Assembly (NCBI GenBank): GCA_965262115.1
Contig: OZ253496.1
Coordinates: forward strand, 2,112,001 to 2,176,000
Direction: 5' to 3'
DNA: 64,000 bases
Origin: Nitrospinales bacterium
Lineage (GTDB): Bacteria > Nitrospinota > Nitrospinia > Nitrospinales > VA-1
The notes under the pieces were generated by a model. The model made no database searches. It was not told where the DNA came from and saw only the letters and a list, made by a program, of their open reading frames with translations. The translations under genes and the position numbers were made by a program. Positions 8,041 to 18,699 of the stretch are shown in pieces (the stretch's first letter is position 1; each line of letters begins with the position of its first letter).

Positions 8041-10304
8041 ATGGAATACATAGCTCATGCGAAGGAAAATTTATCCGCAGAAAAAGGGTTTGACATACAC
8101 CTGCTGGAAGATCATCTGCGGAAGGTCGCAAAAAAAGCACAAGAGTTTGCGGGAGCATTTGGTGCGGGTGACTGGGCTTATCCGGCAGGACTGTGGCATG
8201 ATTTAGGCAAGTATCGCGCAGCTTTTCAGGCGTACATACAACGCGGCACTGGCATAAACCCGGACGCGCACATAGAGAAAGACAGCGACCCGAGAACCAA
8301 CCATGCGTCTTCCGGTGCTATCTATGCACTTAAAAAATTGGGTGAAGAAGTTGGATTGCCGCTGGCATATATGATTGCCGGGCATCACGCTGGATTACCT
8401 GATTATGAAGGTGGTGGCGAAGCCAGGGGTGTTCCGCTTCGGGAAGTTCTTGAGCGCGATAAATCACTTTTAGAAGAAGCCCTTCGTGAGCAAATTCCAG
8501 AAGATATATTTTCTGGAAACAGACCTGAAACGAATTGCCCCGGCGGTCCCAGCGGGGCGCATCTTTGGATTCGCATGTTGTTTTCCAGTTTGGTGGATGC
8601 AGACTTTCTGGACACAGAGTCTTTTATATCACCGCACCTTTCCAAGCAACGATCTGTAGCCATTCCACTTGATAAATTGCTGGATGCTTTCAATGAAGGA
8701 ATGACGACAAAGGTGCAAAACTATGAGCCGTCACCAGTCAACAAAATTCGAGCGGAATTCTTATCTCAATGTCGGGAAGCCGCAACAAAGGCACCGGGCA
8801 TTTTCACCTTGACTGTTCCCACCGGCGGCGGCAAAACCCTGTCGAGTTTGGCTTTTGCGTTGGAGCATGCTATCCGGCACAAAAAGAGGCGCATCATTTA
8901 CGCTATTCCCTACACCAGCATCATTGAACAAACAGCAAAAGAATTTAAGAAAATTGTTGCGCCATTGGGTGATTCAATCCTGGAGCATCACAGCAATGTC
9001 GAGCCAGATAAAGAATCCCAGGAAAATGCCAAATCTCGACTTGCCACCGAAAACTGGAACGCTCCCATTGTGGTTACTACCACGGTACAATTGTTCTAAT
9101 CATTATTCGCTGCCCGTACAAGCCGTTGTCGAAAACTACACAACATAGCCAATAGCGTTGTCGTTCTTGATGAGGTTCAGTTGTTACCGTTGCAACACCT
9201 TGCTCCCATTCGAAAAATCATGGCACTCTTGGCAAAGCACTACGGGGTAACTTTTATTCTTTCGACAGCAACACCGACTGGATTAAACGCACAAAACAAC
9301 CCGTTTGGGAAAAAATTACTTGAGGGATTAAGCAGCACGGAAATTGTTCGCAATCCCGGAAAATACTACACTCAACTTGAACGGGTTCGCTATAAGCTAC
9401 CAGAAAACTTTCAGACCCCCCGTAGCTGGGTTGAGATAGCTAAAGAGCTAGAGCTATATAAATATGATTCGGTTCTTGTCATCGTCAACAAGCGGCAAGA
9501 TGCAAAGGACCTGTTTGATTTGATGCCCACAGGAACTTACCACCTCTCGGCCCTTATGTGTCCTGCGCATCGCTCTTGCGTGATTAAGGAAATAAAGAGA
9601 GGCTCAAGGACTGTAAGCCAACCAGAGTGATTAGCACACAGTTGGTTGAGGCAGGTGTTGATTTAGATTTTTCGGTTGTTTATCGAGCTATAGCTGGGAT
9701 GGATTCAATTGTTCAGGCTGGCGGTCGATGTAATCGTGAAGGCAAACTTGGTGCCGGAAAGGGGAAGGGAAATGTTGTGGTGTTCGTGCCACCTTCAACC
9801 CCACCCAAAGGCGCAATCGGAACGGCTATCGCGTCCTGCATATCAACGCTTAGTTGTCTTAACGATCGGGAATCTATTGATAGCCCGGAAATATTTGAAT
9901 GTTACTTTAACCATTTGTTCAACCAGGTAGAAGCCGACGCCGCTAACATGTGCGATTTGTTGGAACGCGACGCGGGACGCTTACAGATTCAATTTCGCAC
10001 AGCCGCTCTTAAATTCAGGATGATTGACGATGCTAATACCCATACGATATATGTGAAATACGGGGAAGAGGTTGACGGCTGGTTGCAGGAATTGAGGTTT
10101 CACCCGAACAGGGAGCTATTAAGAAAACCCCAGCGTTACAGCGTGACAGTATATAATCACCAGTTTAATGCGATGCTCGCCAGGGGCTATATCGAAGAGG
10201 TATCATCAGGGTTTTACGCTCAATGTAATAGCGAAATTTACGATGACAAACTCGGCTTGCTGGTGGGTGAAATAGAACTCACACCCGGCAATTCTGTTCT
10301 GTGA
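8041..10304 (+). pseudogene. cas3: Type I-C Cas3 (HD nuclease + helicase), disrupted
   Basis: WHDLGK, GHHAGL, VPTGGGKT, LDEVQ, STQLVEAGVDLDF, QAGGRCNREG; in-frame TAA at 9097-9099 (VQLF*SLF) and a frameshift near 9595-9630. Confidence 0.9.
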
Positions 10305-10316
10305 GGAAACTTTTAT

Positions 10317-11045
10317 ATGCCAAGTAAAGAAACTTTTTGTCTTGAAGTTACGGGTGATTTCGCCTGTTTTACCCGGCCTGAAATGAAAGTCGAGCGAGTG
10401 TCCTACGACGTTATTACCCCATCGGCGGCACGGGCTATATTCGAAGCGATACTCTGGAAGCCAGCCATGTGCTGGCACATTACCAAAATAGAGGTACTCA
10501 AGCCCATTAACTGGGTCAATATACGCCGCAATGAAGTAGCATCCATAATCAGTATTAACAACGTCAAACAGGTAATGAATGGCGATAGCAGGAACTTGCA
10601 TATTCTGGTCGAGAATGATCGCCAGCAAAGAGCGGGGCTTTTCCTTCGTGATGTTGCCTATCGGCTTTATGCACGTTTCTCGCTACAGGATGACAGTAAA
10701 CATATCCACCACTACCCACATTTGCAATGCGCGGACGCAGACCGTTCCGAAAACACCTACATGAAGTTCGCGGATATGTTTAAGAGACGCGCAAAAAAAG
10801 GACAATGTTTTAATCAACCCTATCTCGGCACCCGTGAATTTTCTGCCGATTGGCGACTGATTGAAACATCGCAACAAGAACCCCATGCTTTACAGTTTGA
10901 TCAGGACAAACCATTGGGCTGGATGCTTTATGACATGGACTTTTCCGATCCCAAACAACCCTCTCCGCGATTTTTTAGTGCTGTACTGAAAAAGGACGGC
11001 TCAATTGATGTTCCGGCATGGGACAGCGAGGAGGTGCGAGGATGA
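10317..11045 (+). CDS. cas5: Type I-C Cas5c (Cas5d)
   Basis: GDFACFTRPEMKVERVSYDVITPSAAR, QPYLGTREF. Confidence 0.96.
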   Translation: MPSKETFCLEVTGDFACFTRPEMKVERVSYDVITPSAARAIFEAILWKPAMCWHITKIEVLKPINWVNIRRNEVASIISINNVKQVMNGDSRNLHILVENDRQQRAGLFLRDVAYRLYARFSLQDDSKHIHHYPHLQCADADRSENTYMKFADMFKRRAKKGQCFNQPYLGTREFSADWRLIETSQQEPHALQFDQDKPLGWMLYDMDFSDPKQPSPRFFSAVLKKDGSIDVPAWDSEEVRG

Positions 11046-12747
11046 TTTTGCAGGCGTTAAATCAGTATTACGACAGAAAAATGGCATTCTCCAAAGGTGA
11101 ACTCCCACCATACGGGTTTGAAATAAAAAATATTCCTGTCATCATAGAAATAGATACTGATGGGAATTTCGTTCAGACCATCGTTCGTGATAAAAAAGAT
11201 CCAAATACAAATGAGCAGGTACCATGCTCCGTAAAACGAAGTGTCGGCATTAAAAGCAACTTGCTTTGGGATAACACGGAATATGCTTTGGGTATTGATA
11301 CCAGAGACAAGCCAGAACGTGTTGCCAACCAGCACTAGTCTTTTCGCGATAGAATTTCCTCACTTGGTACAGATGATACCAGCATTCAGGCCATCATGAG
11401 TTTTTTGGACAAAATAGATAGAGAGTTTATTCAAAGAGATGCTACCAAATGGGAGACACTAAAAAAGAATCCCAACATCAGTTTTCGTATTGCTGGTGAA
11501 TCTTACCTGATTTGCCAGAAACCAGAATTGCAAGAAATACTTGCCAATGCCAATCATTCAGACAGCGACACAGCCTATTGCTTGCTGACAGGTGAAAGAC
11601 ATCCAATCGAACGATTACTCCAGCTATTAAAGGCGTATGGGGTGCACAGAGTTCTGGGGGGAATATTGTCTCCTTCAACCTGGATTCATTTAGGTCATAT
11701 AGGAAATCTCAAGGTGATAATGCGCCTGCGGGAGAAGAAGCAAGTTTTGCCTATACCACGGCACTGAATCACTTGCTTAGAAAGGGATCATAACAACGTT
11801 TTCAAGTCGGTGATGCTTCAACGATTTTCTGGGCAGAAAAGACTACATCAATGGAATCTGATTTTGGCGCAATTTTTGGTTCGACACCGACACAAATCAA
11901 AGACGACCCTGATGCCTATACAAGGGCAGTAAAAGCAGTTTTTAATTCAGTTTATAAAGGGTGGTATCAAGGCGAAGACGGGGAAGATCGGTTTTATGTT
12001 CTGGGGTTGTCTCCTAATACGTCGCGTATTTCGATTCGATTTTGGCAGGTAGCGACGGTTGCTGAAATATCGCAACGCACCAAACAACACTTCGACTATT
12101 TGGAGATAATTCATGCTCCAAGTGAAATGCCTTATTTGCCGTTATTTTTGCTTTTGGTCAACGTAGCGTCTCAAGGGAAAAGCGAAAACATACCCCCCAA
12201 TCTTGCGGGTGAATTGATGCGAAGCATTCTTGCCGGACAATCCTATCCTCGCACTTTACTATCCGCGGCCGTTCGTCGTTGCAAAGCAGAGAGGAAAGTA
12301 AATTATCAGAGGACCGCTCTCATAAAAGCCTGTATCAATAGTTGTCAATCTAAGGAGGAACTCACAGTGGCTTTAGATACTGAAAATACGAATCCCGCCT
12401 ACCGTCTGGGCAGGCTCTTTTCTGTGCTGGAAAAAATACAGGAAGAAGCACACCCAAAGATCAATGCTACCATAAGAGACCGCTATTACAGTGCGGCATC
12501 CAGCAATCCTGTCAGCGTATTTCCTACTTTGCTGAAACTCAAAAATCATCATCTGAGCAAATTGGAGTTGGTTGGGCGTAAAATCAATCTTGAAAAACTA
12601 ATAGGTGAAATTATGCGCGAAATACTCCCGGACTTACCCGCAAGCCTGAACCTTCAGGACCAGGGACGCTTTGCCGTAGGTTACTACCACCAGCGTCAAG
12701 ATTTTTTCACCAGTAAGCCAACCAAAGAACCAGGAGAGCAATCATGA
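11042..12747 (+). pseudogene. cas8c: Type I-C Cas8c (Csd1), disrupted
   Basis: MILQAL..YY, AYRLGRLFSVLEKIQEEA, GYYHQ; TAG at 11336-11338, 1-bp frameshift near 11618, TAA at 11791-11793. Confidence 0.9.
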
Positions 12748-13658
12748 GTTTAGAAAACCGTTATGATTTTGTATTGTTATTTGATGTTAAAGATGGCAAC
12801 CCGAATGGAGACCCGGACGCAGGAAATATGCCACGCATTGATGCCGAAACGGGTCGAGGCCTTGTCACCGATGTTTGTTTGAAACGTAAGGTGCGTAACT
12901 ATGTGATAATCAATAAAGAACTGTCTCCTCCCTACAATATATACGTTCAGGAAAATGCCATCTTGAACCAGCTAAATGAGGGGGCATATCAAGCCATTGG
13001 AGAACCAGCGAAAGTAGGCCCGAAGAACGACAAAAGAAGAGGATCGTCTGATCCACTCGTTCCACAAGTCCGTCAGTGGATGTGCGAGCAGTATTACGAT
13101 GTTCGAACTTTTGGTGCTGTCATGTCAACAAACGTCAATTGCGGTCAAGTGCGAGGTCCAATACAATTGACTTTCTCACGCTCTATTGACCCCATAGCAG
13201 CTCATGAACATTCAATTACTCGTATGGCGGCTACCGATGAAAAGGAAGCAAAAAAGGTTGCGGAGGCATCGGAAAAAGAGTCAGGTGACAATCGCACCAT
13301 GGGAAGGAAGCATACTGTTCCCTACGGCTTATACCGATGCCATGGTTTTATATCCGCCCATTTAGCACGACAAACCGGCTTTTCAGAAGAAGATCTGGAG
13401 CTATTTTTCACTGCCCTTGAACAAATGTTTGAGCATGATCGTTCAGCCGCTCGTGGAGAAATGACCACTCGCGGCCTGTATGTGTTCAAGCATGAAAGCC
13501 TGCTTGGCAATGCCCATGCCAACAAACTTTCTGAGCGCATCAAGGTAACACTTGAAAATGAACACAAGCCACCGAGAGATTTCGGAGACTATAGCGTAAC
13601 GGTAAATGAATCAGATATGCCGACAGAGGTCGAGTTGATTCAGCGAATTCATGGATAA
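12744..13658 (+). CDS. cas7: Type I-C Cas7c (Csd2)
   Basis: [36 protein letters not shown]. Confidence 0.97.
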   Translation: MSLENRYDFVLLFDVKDGNPNGDPDAGNMPRIDAETGRGLVTDVCLKRKVRNYVIINKELSPPYNIYVQENAILNQLNEGAYQAIGEPAKVGPKNDKRRGSSDPLVPQVRQWMCEQYYDVRTFGAVMSTNVNCGQVRGPIQLTFSRSIDPIAAHEHSITRMAATDEKEAKKVAEASEKESGDNRTMGRKHTVPYGLYRCHGFISAHLARQTGFSEEDLELFFTALEQMFEHDRSAARGEMTTRGLYVFKHESLLGNAHANKLSERIKVTLENEHKPPRDFGDYSVTVNESDMPTEVELIQRIHG

Positions 13659-13666
13659 GTGCCTAT

Positions 13667-13694
13667 TTGACAATAATGGGGAAGCGCATAGAAT
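13667..13694 (+). promoter_or_regulatory. Candidate sigma70 promoter for cas4-cas1-cas2
   Basis: TTGACA (13667-13672), 16-bp spacer, TAGAAT (13689-13694). Confidence 0.5.
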
Positions 13695-13749
13695 ATAGCC
13701 ACCGCATCAGATAACTAAACCGCTAACTATTGTAAGAGGTCGGTGATTA

Positions 13750-14373
13750 ATGGTGCAAAACGTTTCAATCCCAATTTCCGCTCTCCAACACTATTCATTC
13801 TGCCCGAGGCAGTGTGCGTATATCCATATTGAACAGGTGTGGAGCGACAACTATCTCACGGCCAAGGGTAGCCAGCTGCACGAGCGGGTGCATAGCAGCG
13901 AGACGGAAACACGCGGCAACATCCGCTCCGAGCGCGGGGTACAGGTTTGCTCTGAAAAATTGGGCGTACATGGTCAGCTTGATCTGCTGGAAGTGGATCG
14001 CGGTTCCGGTGCGGTCATGCCTGTTGAATACAAAAGAGGCAAACCCAAGACTGCGGATTGCGACCGTGTTCAGCTTTGCGCCCAGGTCTTGTGTCTGGAG
14101 GAAATGACCGGGCACCGGATAGACAAGGCGGAAATCTGGTATTGGCAGGTTCGGCGGCGCGAATGGATCAATGTTGACGACGCGCTAAGAAAATCAACGC
14201 TGGCGGTTATCAACGCGACAAAAAAATTATTCAGTACAGGGGAATTACCGAAAGCAGTGTATTCCCCTTCGTGCAAAGCCTGCTCGTTTGTTGACCGATG
14301 TTCCCCGCAACAAAAGGATCATAGCGATTCTTATGTAAAAAAAATGTTTCTCAATGAAGAAATTACTCAATAA
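13750..14373 (+). CDS. cas4: CRISPR-associated exonuclease Cas4
   Basis: ISALQHYSFCPRQ, PVEYKRGKPK, QLCAQ, C-terminal Cys cluster. Confidence 0.95.
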   Translation: MVQNVSIPISALQHYSFCPRQCAYIHIEQVWSDNYLTAKGSQLHERVHSSETETRGNIRSERGVQVCSEKLGVHGQLDLLEVDRGSGAVMPVEYKRGKPKTADCDRVQLCAQVLCLEEMTGHRIDKAEIWYWQVRRREWINVDDALRKSTLAVINATKKLFSTGELPKAVYSPSCKACSFVDRCSPQQKDHSDSYVKKMFLNEEITQ

Positions 14374-15373
14374 TCTGTACATCACTACTGATGGTAGTTA
14401 TGTACACAAAGAACGTGAAACTATCGTTATAGAGCAGGAAAAGAAAAAAGTATTTCAACTGCCGTTTCACGCGATTGGCAACCTGTTTTGCTTTGGCAGG
14501 GTCATGGTATCGCCTGCGTTAATGGCAGCATGCGGTGAAAAGGGGATTGGACTTTCGTTCTTTACCGGATTTGGAAAGTTTCAAGGGCGGGTGCAGGGAC
14601 CGCAAAGCGGCAATGTGTTATTGCGCCGTACGCAATACCGGTTGGCCGACCATGGACCCGGAATATTGTCACGGCTTTTTGTAGCCGCAAAACTGACAAA
14701 CAGCAGACAAATACTGATGAAACATCAACGCAACCATGGCAACGATGATTCGGTAAAGCAAGTTGTAACCATGCTGGCCGGGTGCATAAGACGACTGGAG
14801 CACCAGACCGATGTCGATCAAATAAGAGGCATAGAAGGAGAGGCCGCCGCCCACTATTTTTCCGTATTCAACCAGTTGGTGCTGGAAGGCCAGCGGAAGA
14901 ACTTTTCATTTAGAGGCAGAACCAAAAGGCCGCCTCTTGACAAAATCAACGCGTTGCTTTCCTTCAGCTACACCTTGTTGACCCATGAAATCGCCTCTGC
15001 GCTACAAGGGGTGGGGTTAGACCCATACGTTGGCTTTTTGCATACGGATCGCCCTGGACGGGTAAGTCTGGCGCTGGACATGCTGGAAGAATTTAGAGCA
15101 TGGTGGTGTGATCGGTTCGTGTTGACTTTAATCAACCGGAATCAAATTAAATCATCAGATTTTATAAACGAAGCCAGCGGTGCTATTCGCATGAAGGACG
15201 ATGCCAGGAAAATGTTTCTTACACAATGGCAAGAACGAAAGCAGGAGAATCTGCAGCATCCCTATATCGGAGAGAAAATTCAGATTGGTCTGTTGCCACA
15301 TGTGCAAGCCCTGTTGTTGGCAAGATTTTTACGCGATGACTTGGAATGCTATCCGCCGTTTTTGGTTCGTTGA
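14354..15373 (+). CDS. cas1: Type I-C Cas1
   Basis: MKKLLNNLYIT, GNVLLRR, RGIEG, NALLSF.Y, GLDPYVGFLH, SLALDMLEEFR. Confidence 0.97.
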   Translation: MKKLLNNLYITTDGSYVHKERETIVIEQEKKKVFQLPFHAIGNLFCFGRVMVSPALMAACGEKGIGLSFFTGFGKFQGRVQGPQSGNVLLRRTQYRLADHGPGILSRLFVAAKLTNSRQILMKHQRNHGNDDSVKQVVTMLAGCIRRLEHQTDVDQIRGIEGEAAAHYFSVFNQLVLEGQRKNFSFRGRTKRPPLDKINALLSFSYTLLTHEIASALQGVGLDPYVGFLHTDRPGRVSLALDMLEEFRAWWCDRFVLTLINRNQIKSSDFINEASGAIRMKDDARKMFLTQWQERKQENLQHPYIGEKIQIGLLPHVQALLLARFLRDDLECYPPFLVR

Positions 15374-15382
15374 AGAGCCGCC

Positions 15383-15676
15383 ATGTTAGTGTTGATAACC
15401 TATGATGTGAGTGTGGCTGGAGCCAAGGGGAGCAGGCGCTTACGGCATATCAGCAAATTGTGCCAGGATTACGGTATTCGTGCTCAGTATTCGGTTTTCG
15501 AGTGTGAAATAACTCCAGCCCAATGGGTGGATTTAAAATCCGCATTGCTGGGGGCCTATGATGCTGATCTCGACAGTTTACGGTTTTATTATCTTGGATC
15601 TAACTGGAAGCGAAAGGTAGAGCACCATGGAACAAAACAGACGCCGGACGTGCTTCGAGACCCACTGGTTTTATGA
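15383..15676 (+). CDS. cas2: Cas2
   Basis: LITYDV, G.RRLR, QYSVFEC, DSLRFY.LG. Confidence 0.96.
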   Translation: MLVLITYDVSVAGAKGSRRLRHISKLCQDYGIRAQYSVFECEITPAQWVDLKSALLGAYDADLDSLRFYYLGSNWKRKVEHHGTKQTPDVLRDPLVL

Positions 15677-15852
15677 CCGCTAACGGTCAGTTATCATGAA
15701 ATCAACGCAAGGTTAGCGGGGCCGCAAACACTTGATTTTTAAGAATATAGCTTCAGATAGAGTGTTATGCGTTGATCTTTTGCAGTTTGGAATTATCGGT
15801 TAGCGTTATATTGCCTGTTCCTTCAACGATAACAATCGGGTAGGATAGGGCT

Positions 15853-15950
15853 GTCGCCCCCCGTGCGGGGGCGTGGATTGAAACTTAAATTTACAGGCTG
15901 GACCATGGAATCATCCGAGTCGCCCCCCGTGCGGGGGCGTGGATTGAAGT
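15853..15950 (+). CRISPR. Minimal type I-C array: 2 repeats, 1 spacer
   Basis: GTCGCCCCCCGTGCGGGGGCGTGGATTGAAAC at 15853-15884; 34-nt spacer 15885-15918; terminal repeat 15919-15950 ending GAAGT; leader 15677-15852. Confidence 0.92.
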
Positions 15951-16290
15951 GCTACATACCGATGTCCGTGCAGGCTATCGTCAAAGGTTGCGGTGTTTCC
16001 CGTTTCACGCTCGTGGCAGGCGGCGACATAGAGAAACCCGAGTCTCGGGTAATAGCCTTTACCGCCTTTGGCACGGAAGATTCGAGAGAAATGGTTTCGG
16101 GTGGGACGAGGAATAAAATTTTCATGGGATTGAACAACGTTTTCCTTTAGAATCAGACTTCCGAGAATCTCTGAAATTGCTTTTGGCCATGAGCGGCCCT
16201 TATTTTAAGGGCCTGCGAGTTGCCTTAGAGAAAATTACCGAATACACAGAATCCCCTATTACGTTACCACAGAAAATCTGAAAGGACGGT

Positions 16291-17274
16291 ATGATGCCCA
16301 TCGTTACCGTGACCAATATGTTTCCCGAGGCCGCTTTGGAAAAACTGGCGCCGCATTGTGACCTGCGAACCAACCAGACGGAAAGTCCGCCAACCGCCGA
16401 AGTTCTTAAAAAACATGTTTCTGAAAGCGTGGTGATCGTCACTTACTTATCGGACAAAATCGGCCAGGACATTATTGATTGTGGAAAGAATTTGAAGCTC
16501 ATCGCCAATTATGGGGCCGGATTCAACAATATTGACGTGGCGCATGCCGCTAAAAAGGGCATCTGGGTGACGAATACCCCGGGAGTTCTGCATGAGACCA
16601 CTGCCGATTTAACCTGGGCGATGATTCTGGGGGCGGCCCGGTGCATTGTTCCCGCCGAACGCTTCACTCGCGAAAACCGGTTCAAGGGCTGGCAGGCGAA
16701 AATGTATCTGGGAGGCGATGTCTATGGCAAAACTCTGGGCGTTATCGGTTGTGGTGAAATCGGCTCGGCGGTTGCCCGTAGAGCTTCGGGTTTCAATATG
16801 CGGGTTCTCTACCATAACCGCACCCGATTATTGGAAGAAAAAGAACGTGATTGGAACGCAATCTACACTTCGTTGGAGGAGCTGCTCCGGCAATCCGATT
16901 TTGTCACGGTTCACGCGCCTTTGACCAAAGCGACCCAACACATGATCGGCAAAGAACAATTTTTAATGATGAAGCCCACCGCTTATTTCATCCATACCGC
17001 CCGGGGAAAAGTGGTGGACGATGAGGCTCTGGTCGAAGCATTGAAAGCAGGAAGAATCGCCGGAGCGGCGCTGGATGTTTATGAAAACGAGCCAGCGCTC
17101 AGCCAAGGCATGACCGAGTTGGAGAACCTGATGTTGCTCCCGCATATTGGCAGTGCCAGTCATGAGACACGAGATAAAATGGCAGACCTTGTGGCGGATA
17201 ACGTGTTGGATGCTTTGGCAGGTAAAACCCCACGTTGTCTTGTGCCGTCGTGGAAAAAACAGGTTACACGTTGA
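16291..17274 (+). CDS. D-2-hydroxyacid dehydrogenase (glyoxylate reductase / D-glycerate dehydrogenase-like)
   Basis: TNTPGVL.ETTAD, GVIGCGEIG, ARGKVVD, LDVYENEP, PHIGSA. Confidence 0.9.
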   Translation: MMPIVTVTNMFPEAALEKLAPHCDLRTNQTESPPTAEVLKKHVSESVVIVTYLSDKIGQDIIDCGKNLKLIANYGAGFNNIDVAHAAKKGIWVTNTPGVLHETTADLTWAMILGAARCIVPAERFTRENRFKGWQAKMYLGGDVYGKTLGVIGCGEIGSAVARRASGFNMRVLYHNRTRLLEEKERDWNAIYTSLEELLRQSDFVTVHAPLTKATQHMIGKEQFLMMKPTAYFIHTARGKVVDDEALVEALKAGRIAGAALDVYENEPALSQGMTELENLMLLPHIGSASHETRDKMADLVADNVLDALAGKTPRCLVPSWKKQVTR

Positions 17275-18361
17275 AACGAAAATGCATGATGTCGCCGTCC
17301 TGGACGACATAATCCTTGCCCTCGACCCTTAATTTCCCCGCGTCTTTAATAGCGGCCTCCGATTTATGCTGAACCAGGTCTTCCAGGCTATAGACTTCGG
17401 CGCGAATGAATCCTTTTTCGAAGTCGGTATGGATCGCTCCCGCCGCTTGTGGAGCTTTCGAATTTTTCGGGATCGTCCAGGCGCGGTTTTCTTTACCTCC
17501 TGCTGTAAAAAACGTGACCAGTTTGAGCAGTCCATAACCGGCAGAGATCATGCGGTCGAGTCCGGTTTCGGCCAGGCCCATTTCCTCCATAAACATTTGC
17601 TGTTCTTCCAGGTCTTCGATCTCCATAATTTCACCCTCAATTTTTCCTGCCAGAGCCACCACTGATGAGCCGTCCTGTTCAGCAATCTTTTTGACCTTTT
17701 GCACCCGTTCGTTTTCTGTGTCTCCAGGGTCCATGACATTGCAGATATACAGAACGGGTTTGGCGCTCAAAAGAGTCAGGCTTTTTACGAACTGTTTTTG
17801 TTCGTCATTGAGACAGGTAACGGTTTTGGCTGGTTGGTTTTGATCGAGAGCTTCGGACAGCTTGGCGAGTACTTCCACTTGCATGCGTGCTTCCTTGTCG
17901 CCAGATTTAGCCAGTTTCTCAATCCTGGTTTTTCTGCGGTCAAGGGATTCCATATCGGCGATCATCAATTCGGTGTTGATGGTGTCGATATCGGAAGCCG
18001 GGTCGATGACATCGCTGACATGGGGGACATTGCTATCCTCGAAACAGCGCACCACATGGGCGACGGCATCCACCTCGCGGATGTGTCCGAGAAATTTATT
18101 ACCCAGGCCTTCTCCCTTGGATGCCCCTTTGATGAGTCCAGCGATATCGACAAACTCCATGGTTGTGGGAACAACTTTATCGGCCTTGATGTGCCGGGAG
18201 ATGGTATCCAGGCGCTTATCAGGAACGGGAACGATGCCGCTATTGGGTTCGATGGTGGTGAACGCATAATTTCCTGCCTGAGCTTTGGTACGTGTCAAAG
18301 CGCCGAAGAGGGTTGATTTCCCCGCATTTGGGAGGCCGACAAGGCCGCAGGTGAATCCCAT
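17264..18361 (-). CDS. ychF: Ribosome-binding ATPase YchF
   Basis: GLVGLPNAGKST, DIAGLIKGASKGEGLGNKFL, TGS domain ending FRFNV. Confidence 0.97.
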   Translation of the reverse strand: MGFTCGLVGLPNAGKSTLFGALTRTKAQAGNYAFTTIEPNSGIVPVPDKRLDTISRHIKADKVVPTTMEFVDIAGLIKGASKGEGLGNKFLGHIREVDAVAHVVRCFEDSNVPHVSDVIDPASDIDTINTELMIADMESLDRRKTRIEKLAKSGDKEARMQVEVLAKLSEALDQNQPAKTVTCLNDEQKQFVKSLTLLSAKPVLYICNVMDPGDTENERVQKVKKIAEQDGSSVVALAGKIEGEIMEIEDLEEQQMFMEEMGLAETGLDRMISAGYGLLKLVTFFTAGGKENRAWTIPKNSKAPQAAGAIHTDFEKGFIRAEVYSLEDLVQHKSEAAIKDAGKLRVEGKDYVVQDGDIMHFRFNV

Positions 18362-18403
18362 AAAACGTTAATTCCTTTTTTATAAGGTTGGCTCCCCTTA
18401 GCA

Positions 18404-18626
18404 GAGAGCTTTGCATAAGTCGATAAAACAGAAAAGCGAGATTCTTCACGGAGCCTGTGCTGAGCTTGTCGAAGCATTCAGAATGACAGCAACAAGATTC
18501 TTCACTGCGTTCAGAATGACAATACTGGGCCATTTTGTCATTCTGAGGAACAAGGTGACAAAGACATGATATTTTTCTTTAAACTTCGTGCCCCGCAGGG
18601 GTAATCTTGGGTTATGCAAAGCTCTT
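18404..18626. mobile_element. MITE copy 2 (expanded; contains a 39-bp mini-element at 18565-18603 and extra internal palindromes)
   Basis: GAGAGCTTTGCATAA...TTATGCAAAGCTCT; degenerate TSD CCTTAGCA/CCTTAACA. Confidence 0.85.
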
Positions 18627-18699
18627 CCTTAACAGGGGAGGTAGCTAGCAAGAACCTTTTAAGCCGAGATAACTCTTTGCTTACCAGCAAAAGTGATTG

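Noticed and set aside
16002..16027. Inverted degenerate CRISPR repeat (minus strand GTCGCC..GCGTGAAAC)
   Set aside because: Only short end matches, 6 nt too short, and the hairpin is lost; compatible with chance.
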